Shown here in pieces: positions 50,529-64,000 of a DNA stretch of 64,000 bases (its first letter is position 1; each line of letters starts with the position of its first letter). Source of the DNA: Flaccisagitta enflata (Eukaryota). The DNA is taken from the NCBI GenBank assembly GCA_965153355.1, contig OZ231126.1:16430001-16494000 (forward strand), written 5' to 3'. The notes under the pieces are model-generated. The model saw nothing but the letters and a program-made list of their open reading frames with translations, did no database searches and was not told the DNA's origin. Both the position numbers and the translations under genes were made by a program.

Positions 50529-52306
50529 TATTAGCATTGAATTGGGCCCCCAAAAAATTTACATGCTCGGAGCATTTCTCTACCTGGTCAATCAATAGCG
50601 GTGCAGAGTCAACGATTTCTCTCATTTCTCTCTCATTTAAGTTTGATTCTAGAATCTCCATAGATATATAGGTAGATACTATCTTGCTAAAAAGTAAATC
50701 GACAAGATGGAATACAATCCATTTATTTATCAATAATTGCATTAAATATTTGTAAAATACTAGTATCTTGTGCGACCTCTCTGGACATTGACTGGCTTTT
50801 TAGTCGCTGCCTAAGCGACTCCATATCGATGAAAATGTAATAAGTTTACCGGCCCCCGAAAAAAACAAACCTGAATGCTAAAATTGTTTACCGTATTCTT
50901 TTCATCTGATTTTGTGTCCTCAGCATCTTATGAATTCCTGTTACTAAAATAACATTGAGCAACTTAGCGCGTCAAGTCTGACCCAGACTGCTTAATAATT
51001 CAAATTTTCACCATTACTATTTTAAGTCGCGGACTAGCCATTCTATACGAAGTTTTGTCTGTTGGGTCGTCCGTTGGTCCATCTATCAGTCTGTCTCGCT
51101 CGTGTTGAAAACGCAAAAAACGCGCATTCATGATGCTGCAGTTGTTATTGTGTGTGGGGGGGAGGGGGGGGTTGGAAGGTGAGGGGGTGAGATTGGGGGT
51201 TAGATGCCCCTGCCCACCTGTCCGCGACCCTACGTCACTTGTATGATTAGCAGAACTCGTAAGATAAGTAAAATAAGTTTCAGTCTGAAGAAAGCCCAAC
51301 CAACTAAGCCGCCTGTGCGGAAAAAAATCAAGCTACCTGTCAATATCTGTTCTGGTCCATAAAGCGTATAATTTATACACAACAAAAAACAACGAAGTTT
51401 GGTTTTTCTCCCTTGTGTTAGTCATTTATTTCATAAATTTTGATTAAAAAAATGTTTTAGTTGGCTAATTTCCCCCAGCTCAAACACGGTAAAGCAATCT
51501 GATAGCCTGAGCTAGTATACGTCTCTTTCGCCCATATGCTATAACAGGGTGTGTCCCTGGGTCTGTCTGTCTGTCACGCGAAAATTTTGTTGACGCGAAA
51601 TCGACTGAAAAACGGATTTCTGACCATCACCGCTCCTGCTTTGCATCAATACAGCCCCCGCCCACTCATATACTGCCCCTGCCCAATTGCATTACTGCCC
51701 AAGCCAACCAGCAGCGACTACAGATTGGCCGCGTATCCGGCCTTGTTTTAGCTTCGGCATGCTACCATAAAGTGATTGAAGGTTAGGTGATGTTATGTTC
51801 TTCCACACCATGAGAATGATTCTCTTGAGCCTGGAATGCAGCCCTGATTGTAGTTTCTTCATCTGAATCTAAGATAATTTGATCGGATTGAGGTCTGGAC
51901 TATTTCCAGGCCAACTTGACACCAACTGGACACCAGCTTTCCATCATGGTCTGAACAAAAAGGCGCATTTGCCTCTGATTAACCGGAACTCTTAGCATCA
52001 TAAAATTCTAAAATGTTATTTTTTTAGCTATTTCCTACTTGAGGTAGCAGTTTTGTTTTGCTTGTCATTTCTTAGCGACTTGACTTAAAGCGATGCGGTT
52101 TGCGCCTTTAGCTTGGAAATTCACCAATTTTCTCATGTTTGCACCCTTTATTTGGTAGTTATGGCCCATAATGCTTGTCGATATTTATATAAGCAAGATA
52201 GTAGATCTAGGTAGGTTCAGTTTTGTGGGTTAGAGGCTCAAGAGCGTGTTTTTGGACATCTTTAGTGTTGTCCCAGCTTGACTAGCCATTGACCATCTTT
52301 ATTTAC

Positions 52307-53055
52307 AAAACAAGGCCGGATACACGGCTACCCTAGTCGCGTGCGGGTGGGCAGGAGCAGTGCTGGAGAAGGTCACTAGGGCATCTGGGCAGGAGCCGTA
52401 TGCTCAAAAAGCTCAAAAACGCTGAAAAAGTAATAGTCGCAAAAGCGTTAGATGGTCAGCGGTACCCGTGCCCTGCTTAAGTGGGTTGTGGGTGAAGCTG
52501 AGGGGGAGCAGGGCAGCGGCCCCAAAGGGGTCGATGACCTATGCTTTCACACATATGGGGAATTTTCTCCTCCTCCTTCTCCTCCTCCTTCTCCTCCTCT
52601 GCACCCCTCCCCCCCTCCCCTCAGCCTCCAGGCCCAAATCCCAGTCTTGAGGCCCAAATCCCACCCTCGAGGCCCAAATCCCAGTCTTGAGGCCCAAATC
52701 CCTAGAGACTGGAATCTGGGCCTTGGGGTTGGGATTTGGGCCTTGAGGGTGGGATTTGGGCCTCAAGACTGGGATTTGGGGCTCAAGACTGGGTTACGGG
52801 CCTCCAGGCTGAGATATGGGCCCGGAGGCTGGGGGGGAGGGGGGGGTACGAAGGAGGAGAAGAAGGGGGAGGAGGAGAAGGAGGAGGAGAAAATTCCCCA
52901 TATGTATGAAAGCATAGGTCATCGACCCCTTCGGGGCCGCTGCCCAAAAAGGGTACCAACCGACCAACCGACCAACCGACCAACCGACCAACCGACCGAC
53001 CAACCGACCGACGGACCAACATAGCGGGGTGTAGAGTCGCGTAGCACGCGACTAA
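52307..53055 (-). mobile_element. Family A HINE with a nested family B element (~52433-52950)
   Basis: Family A ends flank a complete reverse-oriented family B copy. Confidence 0.75.
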
Positions 53056-53096
53056 GAATAAGAGACGTGGCATTTACGACTGAACTTTATTGGGAA

Positions 53097-53159
<63 letters not shown>

Positions 53160-54389
53160 CACTTGCCTTTTCCTCTCTTGCTCTTTCTCTATCGCTCTAT
53201 ACTCCTGCCCTTTCCGACTTGTCAATGTACAAAGTCATAAACTTTCCCTCTTGGTGCCCGGCCCGACATTTACTCTCTGCGTCTAGAGCGGGAAGGAAGA
53301 ACGAAACAAACAATCCAAAGCAAAAAGAGTGGAACAACACGAAATCATACAATAAATGGAAGGAAAGAAATTTACATTTGTGCTGTAAAATTGTCTTTCA
53401 TAAAACATGTGTTTTTTCGTTCGTTATGTTAGATTGCTGTGTTATCGCTGTATATCAATTGTAACTAAAAAAAAACATACTGTCCAAGAAATTGAAAAAA
53501 AAAATCAGATTATGATAACAACTAAATATATAAATGTCCAGCCCGTGCCCACCCCCAAACGACTGCTATATCTTCCAAGGTGACTTCGGTTTTTTTTTTG
53601 TTTTTTTTTTTTTTTGAACCATTGCAATTACAGCGCAGTTAAATCCCACTCCAACGGATTTCAAGGGACCGACCATTTTCATTTGTTGTTAGAGCCAATA
53701 TATGCAATAAAGAAAATGGACTGAAAGGACCAAGAATTACCATATGTTATAGGCGGAATTCCGTTAATAGCGTGTCCGTTAGATGGGGGTTCAACTGAAG
53801 TTACAGTAACAAATAACAAAAACGAGCTAACATCAGTCCCACAATTAGGTGGAAAACACGCAAGCATGAAAAGAATGAAAATCATACTTCTGGATGGCCC
53901 AGTAAGATAAGTTTATAACAAAACTGTCCCAATAACTTTGGGCTACCCAATTCCATATAACAAGGCCGATTAAAAGTATGCTTTTCATACCCTCATTGAT
54001 TACCGTATGTGTTTTTCGCCCAATTGTGGGACATGTGTTAAATGACAAGACCGACGTAGAAATAATCTGAGGGAGAGGGAAGTGCAGTAGGAGAGGCAGA
54101 TATGGAAATGAACAAGAACAAGAGGGAGGTGGGGTAAGAACGAAGGTGCAAAAATCATGTTATTCTCGGTCTCAGGCTCGTTTCATTAATGGGAATTTCT
54201 CATGAAAATTTGCCAAAATTCGAAAAGAAATTGGCAGTGAAAAAAAGAAAGGAAGGCTCGTCCAACCAGGAGCGGCACTTGTCGGGTAATTGTTACTGAT
54301 AAACGAGAAAGAGTAGAGTCAGTAGAGGGACTCGGAGGTATGCCTGTCTGTCTCCATCCGTGTGTATGACTGTCTGTAAGAATTGGGCC

Positions 54390-54420
<31 letters not shown>

Positions 54421-54779
54421 ACCAATTCCTCCATCCGATTCCCACCCACATGCCACACTCGCACCATCTCAATTTTTCTTCTCTCCTCGGTCGGCTGCCT
54501 TAGCTTAAGAGTCCGTCTAGACTAGATCGATTTCTTTTTGCCTTCCTGTTTGAATTTTGTAAATGAGAGATTTCCCCCGATAGTCATAGTAAATGAAAAT
54601 GTTATGAAGGCATCTTAGATACTTAACCTCTCCTCAATGACATAATTCAACCATTTTTAGTGCTATGCGACTCTATGCCGCTTTGTCCGTCCATTGGTCC
54701 GCTTACCATTTATGAACTTTTTGGCTTTTCCCTGCCCCACACAACTCTACGCACGCACACACACACACACACGCGTGCA

Positions 54780-54871
<92 letters not shown>

Positions 54872-55279
54872 CACACACACACACAGTCACACACACACAC
54901 AGTCACACACATATACACACATGTTTGTTTTGAACCGAATGACCGACCAACGGACAGGCCGCAAAGCGGACACAACCTCCTATGGACCAGCGTGACCAAA
55001 AACTTCTATGAAATAACCGTTTTTCACGACTTGATATCGATTTCACTCGAATTCATTCATGAGTGGGGTCAGGGAGTCTTTGCAATTGCAACCGCGGCCG
55101 AAATCATAAATCGAAATGCGGACCGCAAAATCCATTATTTCCATTAGAGCTCTCGCAGAATTGTGATGCGAAAGCAGTTTGGCACGACCGCCAATAAAAC
55201 CCCATCGAAAACAGAAACATGGACGGCGGCATGGCACCCGACACTCGCAGGCACTACGCACTCAGTGCATACACAAAAC

Positions 55280-55338
<59 letters not shown>

Positions 55339-57649
55339 ACAGCCGGACAGAAAAACAGAGAACGAAAGAAACACTGTCACAGACGGGCCAACAGACAGAC
55401 AGAGAACCACTCACCCAATCACATACAGACAGACAAAAAGAGAAAAACACAAACACACAGTCACTCACACGGAAAGTAAGCGACAGACAAGGCAGAAAGC
55501 GGCGCCTGTTTATAAGTAGATATTCCCCCACTCAGCAAATTCTCCGCTTATGAAGTTCCTAATGCTTTTCCTGGCCTCGATTTTCCTCGCAGTTCACCCT
55601 TCATCCATAAATTGCACCAACTCCACTTGTGAGACAACTCAAGCCGATTACCAGCGAGAAAAAGGACAAACAAAACGTCCCACTTCTCTGAGTCTTAACT
55701 AGGCGATCTACTCAACAAGGCCGGATATACGGATACATGTCAACTTTTGTCGCGGGTGGGCAAGGGCAGTGATGTAGGAGACTAGTCAAGCACTTTTGCA
55801 GGAGCGATAAAATAACTAGTACCCCGGGGTTACAATATCGTCGCGGACGGGTGGGCAGGGGCATACAACCCCCCTCCACACCCTATCCGACCCCCAAACA
55901 CACACATGGCATTTCATTTGCGCGTTTTCACAATGTCCGACTTAATCATTATAGACCAACGGATGGACAAACCGATGGACCAACCGACAGACCGATCGAC
56001 GGACGGGTGGACAAAGCCTCTCATAGAGTCGCTAGTCCGCAAGTAAAAACAGCGTCAAATGAATTCGGAGAACTCCCAAAAAAGCACCTTACGGTAGTCT
56101 GAACGGATGATGGGGTGGTCGGTGGTGGGAGAACATGGAGGTGCTCGGTCGATCTGGTTGATGTTTCTCCAGTTTAATACAGCGATGCATTTGATACTGT
56201 GAAAAAGCGCACTTATGATGCTACAATTATGATTGTCTTTGTGAGTAAGCATATGATGGGGGTTATATGCCCCTGCCCACCCGTCCGCAACAACATTGTG
56301 ACCCCGCGTCACTTGTTCAGAGGCGTGAGGGAAAGACGGTCGAACCGACGAACATACCAGGATATTGCTTAACAATGTTGCCCTTGGGTGATGTGTTGAA
56401 TTTTGGTTGTACAGGTGACAATCATTTGCCCTTAGTGATTTGGTAAACGTTATTACTTCTATAATGTTTTGGATGTTTTTCAGTTTACTTTTGCTAAATG
56501 GATAACTGGCTGGTAACTGGTCAGTGAGGGCTCATGAAGTCATTAGGCCCTCTTCAATATTTTTCAGTTTGGGTGTAGTGACTAAGTGAGAAATATTGGT
56601 AATATTGGTAATATTGGTAATATTGGTAATTTGGTACAAACACATCAAGAATTACAACTGCCAATAATCAAACTTCTTACCTATTACATCTGCTATGAAA
56701 TACAGGTACAATACCGGAAAATCATGTATTATCTATGCATTTGCAGAGGCATGTGATCCTCAATGAAAGAATCATAAACAAAAATTGATTGGGCCAACCC
56801 GTGTTTTAATCTGTCATAGCCTATGAGTCATCGGAGGGGTTTCACTGCACTCACTTTTGAAAATGTTCACAGTTAGATCGAGTTTACGCGACAGAAACCG
56901 TTTTAAAGCGTCATTCAGAGGCGAAGAACCTGTGAGTGTGAGTGACTTTTTTCCTGACATCTTTCCATAAGAACGCACTATTTATTTGAATGAACTCTTC
57001 GTGCGAATAAACCCTGATTATTCAATTTTTGAAATAGTCCGTGATGGACGGAAGGACGATTTCCAGTAAAAAGAGAATAATGATAATGTAATGAAGTTCG
57101 ACGCGAAATTAGTCGTTCTTTAGATTAAAAGATTCAAATGTTGAAAGTGATGAAGGAGAAAAGGAATGCAATGATTCAAGTTTTTTGTTTTTTGTTGTTT
57201 TGTTTTGTGTTTGTTTTGTTTTTTCTTCGTGCTTTTTTTTGTGTGTTTTTTTTTCTTAAATCCGCTCGGTTGCATTGGATGCATCGGCAAAACGCAAGGT
57301 CGTACCCATTTATCCACAGCTATCAATCAACCAAAAATGTTTGTTCAAATCAATAATTTGCAAAAGACATCCTTTTATCGCGATTAATTAGCCATCATAT
57401 TTCCTATCCATTTTTGATACTCCGCAAAATTGTCTCGTTGGCGAAGTCCGCTTTGATCGAGATGCAAACAACGGCTACGTCGTGACGTCCTCGTCATCAC
57501 CGTCGTCATCCTCATCGTCGTCGCTGCCACCTTTTTCCTCTTTTTTGAATAAAAAAAACTCCATTGCATTTTTTACAACGTTATTATGAGCGTCGTCGTC
57601 GATGTCATCGTTTCAATCTCTCTCTCTTTCTTTCTCTCTCTCTCTCTGC

Positions 57650-57840
<191 letters not shown>

Positions 57841-57984
57841 GGTTTTGTTTCAACTCTCGCTCCACTTTTGCAGACTGCGTCCATGGTCTGTCGTCTCGTC
57901 GTCGACTTCGTCATCGTTTTCGTTGTTTCCATCATACACGAAGGTGGGGGAATAGACGAAGGACGACGCCGCGTCTAAGCCATG

Positions 57985-58079
<95 letters not shown>

Positions 58080-58106
58080 CTCTCTCTCCTTTTCTCTCTC
58101 TCCTTT

Positions 58107-58295
<189 letters not shown>

Positions 58296-58593
58296 ATGTT
58301 CCGGGTGGCACAGGGAAATCGAATTATGTGTTTTTCCTTGTCTGACTTAAAAACCGCCACTGCCATCTGGTTTGGACGTTTTTAATGAAACAGCCAGCGT
58401 AATATATTTTTAGTCATGAGGACCCGGAATTCCATGGACCATTGCAGTCACTGAGACGAATCATTAGTCAATCAAATTGACGTTTTTCAATTTGAATTTA
58501 TCTCAACCCGGTTTGAAGAATATGTTGCCAGACGAATTCCATACAGTCAATACTTGCACAAGGGATTCGGCCCGAGGTGATCTAATGTATAGA

Positions 58594-59200
58594 TGAATGA
58601 ATGAATGAATGAATGAATTTTGAATGAATGAATTTTATTTACGAAACAAGATAATTACAAAAGGGATTGTTAAGCTGCTTGCCTCGAGGGATAGCCTGTG
58701 AAAGTCGTAATCAATTTTTTTTCCAACAGGGTCCCTTAACACAGTCTTAAGTATCGACAAAAAGCGGTCATGGTCTTGAATTGGCGTTTCGACATGATTC
58801 TATAGCACGCATCACGTTTGAGGATCTTGGTAATGTTCGTATACTGCTCGATATCGCCGACGAAACGTGCGAGCCGCAGCTTGCCAACGGCGGTCAAAAT
58901 TACTGGTTTCAAAAGCTAGGATGTTTTTAGATAGAAAGGACAAAAAAACTGAGAAGAGATCAGAGAAAGTAAGAGATACAGAGAGCGATACAATAGTCAA
59001 TACAGAGTATCCAAAAATAGAGCAGCGGAAAGACGCGGAAATGCACTCTATTCGCCTGCTTTCTAGATGGCAATCGATATTTCGATAAAGCCCTTCATAA
59101 ATGTCTCTTTTTGACGGACCGCTCGACCGCCTTAACGACCTTCTATAAAACCTCCAGGCCTCTGGCTTTGCCTTTGAGCATTGGCGGGCTTTAGCAATCA
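58594..59200 (-). mobile_element. Possible 3' end of a LINE
   Basis: Minus strand ends AATAAA followed by (TTCA)n, preceded by higher-complexity sequence. No diagnostic protein motif recognised. Confidence 0.3.
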
Positions 59201-59258
59201 TCTCTTCGTATCAGCTCTTTCACCCCCATCTCCTCCCAGCCCCTACCCCGCTCTCTTT

Positions 59259-59351
<93 letters not shown>

Positions 59352-59809
59352 ATTCACTCTATGCCACGTCATATGGTGCATCCATCGTCTTTTGCTTTTG
59401 CCGGTGCTCATGCTGTGTGCTTTGTCCCTGCCGCGGCTGCCGACATAACCACCAGAGCTGCTGCGCAGTGAGAAGTTGCCAGTTGATTCTCTGTCTCTCT
59501 TTATTTCATTTCCTCCGTTTTCCTTCTGAATTAAGCTTTTTTAATACCTCATATTGATCTTTCTCTGTTTTCCTTTGATCTTTTTTTTCTTTCCACTATC
59601 GCATGTCGAATTGTCGATAGAAAAGACCTCTTCCATACCAACATATACCAAAGTAGAGCTCTCTCCTTAGTCCACCCCTCGATTCCCATACTTCTCTGTC
59701 TCTAAAAATTGCTTGCACACACGCCTACCTGTAAAATGTACATACTGCATAGATTCTTTCGTTAGCAATTTCAATTCCAATTCCGTCATAGCCCCCTCTT
59801 CCACCGCGG

Positions 59810-59924
<115 letters not shown>

Positions 59925-60245
59925 ATTAGGCAGAGGTAGTAATGCAAAAAATGCAAGGAAATCACAAAAAATTCCGACGGCCTGACGGACGGATTGACTA
60001 ACAAACCTGTGCATGAAACCAAAAATTCATCTTAGTGGGTGAACTAAACGTAGCAAACGTAAGCTTTTCATTTTTTACGATTCTCTGTGTACATAACAAG
60101 TGTTATTTTCATATGTGTTTAAAAGGGATGTACATATACAATTGAAAAATGAGTTTCGATATGGGGGAAGGGGAGAGAGGGGGGGAAGTAAAGAGAAAAA
60201 AAAATTTAAAAAAGATTTTTCACTTTAAGTAGTACCAAAATATAA

Positions 60246-60430
60246 AAACAAGGCCATATACACGGCTACCGAAGTCGCGTGCGGGAGGGCAGGGGCCACA
60301 TTTGAGGTCACTAGACCATTTGGGCAGGAGCAGTGAGGTCAAAGAAATAAAATCATAAAAAAAGTAAAACGTGACCAACCCACCGACCGACTGACAAAGC
60401 GGGTTGTAAAGTTGCGTGCAACTGACTAAA
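60246..60430 (-). mobile_element. Family A HINE-like element
   Basis: AAACAAGGCCATATACACGGCTACCGAAGTCGCGTGC ... degenerate 5' palindrome. Confidence 0.7.
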
Positions 60431-61138
60431 GATTTGTACAACACACCATTGGTACCAGTTTTAATGCCCTATGAGAAGGAAAATCTTAGTTTTGTGAAGC
60501 TATGAGATGCGTCGAGGGGAATGAAAATGAGGAAGGGGGGGCATCAAACGCGACCCAATTTTACTACCTAGGAAAAAAGTCTTCATTCACTTGATGAGAA
60601 CGTTCATTTACTGAACAAATATTAAGTTGGTTAGAGTTTTCTCCTTTTCAGTACCTCAACTGATGTCCCGCCTAGGCTATGACTGCTTCTATTTGGCTTA
60701 GTAACGGTTTTCTCTGTTCTAAAATGAGTTATGGGTAATTTTGTAGATGAGGTATCGCACTTGAATTTCCCGAAAATTCCGGCAGAGCAAACTTTCAATC
60801 GGTAAATAGATATTAAGCCCTAAAACACCCCTTCCCCTAACATTAGCCCTAACCCCTACCCTAACCTTACCCCTAAGACTATCCCAGACCGTATCCCTAA
60901 CCCTAACTCTGCCCCTAACCCTAACTCGTTACCCGCTTTCGAGTGGTTGACCACTAAAAACAAAAGACAAAAAAGGGCGAAGTCTCGGTAAACGCGACCC
61001 CTCCGGTTTTGGAGGCTTAATTTTAGGCAAAATGTTTTCAACTGTTGTGAAATCGGGACTTGTTGGGAAATTCATATGGTGGTTGATAAAAAATTCCATA
61101 ATGATTTACTAAATCAGCTAAAACAATGTTATGACAGG

Positions 61139-62368
61139 CAGAGGTGTCACGAACTAATCGACTGGTAGATTAATCGGGTCGATTTTTAGCATTTCTGAAC
61201 AATCTTCCTGAGTCACCAAAACAAAAACAAATTGGGTCGATTTTTTGTCTTTTTTAGTTGCAAGCTACGCGACTCTATGAGCCACTTTTTGGTCCGTTTT
61301 TGTCTGTCTGTCCATCACAAAGTCGTTTTAAAGGCTTATCATTGTGTATTTTATGTCTCTGAACAGTAGAAGTGGATAGCAAACACGACCATTTCAATTT
61401 AAAAAAAAAATTGTTTGTCTCTCTGTCTGTCTGTCTGATTTTCTTTAAATTGCCGTTGCAAGCGACTTAGGTCTAATGACCTCGTTTTCTCTGGCTAGCA
61501 TAGATTCGATTCGACGATGAGACTGATTTAAATTTGAGTTAGAAGTAAGAAATATTGAAAACGGAATACTAAAAAATGGAAAATTGTTGATAAAATGCAT
61601 TGCATATTATGCATAACTATGAAAATACATAGAACCCACGCTCTGAAACAAAGTTCATCTTCAAAAGCTTGCTTGCACTCTGACGCGAATTTAAAAAAAG
61701 GACGCAATTTTGAAAGGCTGATTATGCCATTGAAACTCATGAAAACCATATCTAAATTCTAGGTCGTTAAAAGGCTCTTGGGAAAATACTTTCATTTAGC
61801 GCCAATCTGGTATTTCTATCTTTTTTCATTTGGAAATGGCATTAGTTTGATTAAATACTTTGCTTATTTCATTTTTGCAGTTGCATAGAAAAAAAAATGC
61901 ATTTTTGCAAAATGGTCTTTCACTTTGACTGAGTCTAGCATGTAAATGGTTAAAGATACAGGCCTGAGATTGGTCTAGATTGACAGATTTTTTTGAATAT
62001 CTTCAAAATCTGTTTGTCTAATAAATATTTGTGGAGCTTATTGAACCGGTTTAATTGACAAATACAAAGGAGCGTCTTTTTTTTCCAATTCGCGTAGTAA
62101 ATGAAAAACGCAGTTGTCTCTACTGTTAAGTTGGCTCTTACTTCTTTTTTCATTAATGAATGACTACAACGTGGATTACTTATCTTGTGATATTGAGTAG
62201 CTTCTAAAACATGTTGCTGTGACTACAAATAATATCTTTACTTGGTAAAAGGGCTAACTGGCAAAACAATCGACCCAGGGTCGATTCTTGGTCGATTTTT
62301 TGGGGGGGTTCGACCATGATTCGTTCGACCTGGTCAATTTTTAAAATCAATAGTTCGTGACAACTATG
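61139..62368. mobile_element. Non-autonomous hAT-like element (1230 bp)
   Basis: TIRs CAGAGGTGTCACGAACTA / TAGTTCGTGACAACTATG; perfect 8-bp TSD ATGACAGG; subterminal GGGTCGATT repeats. Confidence 0.85.
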
Positions 62369-64000
62369 ATGACAGGTATATTGATAAATGCACATTCCAA
62401 AACAGATTCATCTCTGATTTCTCTGCATTTTCAAAAAAGACTAGTGATCTTCAAATTACTCTCATTTCTGCTTTGCTTTGAGCCATAAGAATGCGATTGG
62501 TGCCAAATGGTAGAACTTTTGAAGCAGTTACTGAATCCCACCGATTTTCCCTACTTATCATTACTAGAAATGTATTTCTTTCTACCTATAGGTGAACAAA
62601 GGCTTATTTCCTTGGTAGTATACACCCTGGCTCAAAGATTATGATGCATTATTCTTAAACCCAACAGATAAAAGGGGAAGCGAATCTACATCAGTCCATA
62701 ATGATGGGTAGCCAAGGAGGATAATGGGCGCCATCTTTTGTTTCGGTACTTTATAGGCGGCGCGATTCCTGGAGAACCTTCAACAACCGAGAATAAAAGA
62801 TTGGACTCAAAGTGCAACTGCCAATTGGGTTTACGAAAAAACAGCCCGAGGGTCTTTTTAAACCTTTACTTTAAACTTCCTATCATTTAGCAACTTATTG
62901 AAGCATGAAGAGTTTGTTTTCAACATTAGTTTGTATTTTGTAGCTGCAATGATTTTCGATGAAGAGTCACTAGATCGACGCTTCCAATGGCAGATGAGGG
63001 AAACACGGAAATAATGAAAAATAGTCATAAAAAAAAAAATTGTTTATTGAAATTGCAAGGCATGCTAACATTTTTAACAAGTTGTGAAAAAATCACTTCA
63101 GATCATTCAGTCCAACGGTCATTCGGATTCTATGTCACAAGTTAACAGCAGAGTCGGATGTGTCAAAATGCATAAGGTTTTTTGACCAGAACATCATCAA
63201 GGAGTATAAAAACATTGATTTTAATTTATCATTTTATTTAAATTGCTTATTTATTCTAATAATAGCAAATATATTTAAAAATTTTTTTTTAATTTAGTTA
63301 AATGACGATCTCTTTGTTTTACTTCATAGAGGTGAAATTGAAATGCGTTTTGAAAAAAGCTTGCCCCCTAAAATGTCTACAGTGCTTGTGGGTTCAAATC
63401 GTAACTAATTTTGACGTTCTTGGTCTTGGTCAAAAGAGTTTTGTTTTCTGACGCCACTCTTGCTCATTAAAATTGTTGTTTGTTTGTTTATAATAGATAA
63501 GAATTATAAATAAAAAACAATTGATGACTGAAAAACACAACTTTATGTTCAGCTGATCAGAGTTAGAGTCCAGGGACTAAAAGGTCAACTTCAGAGCATT
63601 CAATCAAAATTGTTTTTAAGCATAAGCATTTCGTCCATGTTATGGTTAAAACAAGTTTTGTTCTCGACAACCTTAAGCTTTACAGGTTATTTCATTTTTT
63701 TACGCGATCTACTTCACAGCTAGTGTGAACACTCTTTGTAACGCATCTTTTAAAGAGGCTTTTTTTGTGTCACTCTGCGTGTCTCGCTCTGCTAAGGTAA
63801 GTTGCACAGGTGTATTATAAAAAACTGAGGACGTTTTTTTTTCATAACTAAATTGCATTTCCTCTGCGGGTACATGCAGTCAGACTTGAATTACAAAGCG
63901 CTCTACTGCTGGACTATCCCCAAAAATTGTTTTATCTGTGATTTTCTTCATTTTCTCAAAGAAAAATGATGCGAAATGATACATATCAAGTGGAACTTTG

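Noticed and set aside
51800-52250. Possible decayed coding sequence on the minus strand
   Set aside because: Short frames with stops and no recognisable family motif.
61950-62190. hAT transposase C-terminal remnant (KKEVRANLTVETTAFFIY)
   Set aside because: Weak resemblance to the hATC end, but too short and lacking the ERxFS motif to call.

Overview
Repeat-saturated eukaryotic (probably invertebrate) DNA with no confidently identifiable host gene. The dominant feature is an intact-looking 15,976-bp Ty3/Gypsy LTR retrotransposon (9323-25298). It has 499-bp LTRs that look identical, a GGCT target-site duplication, a tRNA-Gly-like PBS and a PPT. It carries four sense ORFs: an orphan ORF upstream of gag; a Gag with no zinc knuckle and 11 RYDSRDRG repeats; a Pol reached by a -1 frameshift (slippery site plus pseudoknot) with a ~500-aa disordered tail; and, in the env position, a ~1280-aa non-membrane protein. 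That protein has an N-terminal WRN/EXD2/Mut-7-type DEDDy 3'-5' exonuclease domain and a second, degenerate copy at its C-terminus. This exonuclease cargo is the best candidate for an undescribed system. The flanks hold Helentron-associated (HINE/DINE-1-like) non-autonomous elements, fold-back MITEs (hAT-, Chapaev- and Tc1/mariner-like ends), an R4-type LINE fragment between (GA)n arrays, a local inverted duplication, and many micro- and minisatellites. All domain calls come from motif reading by eye; no database search was run.
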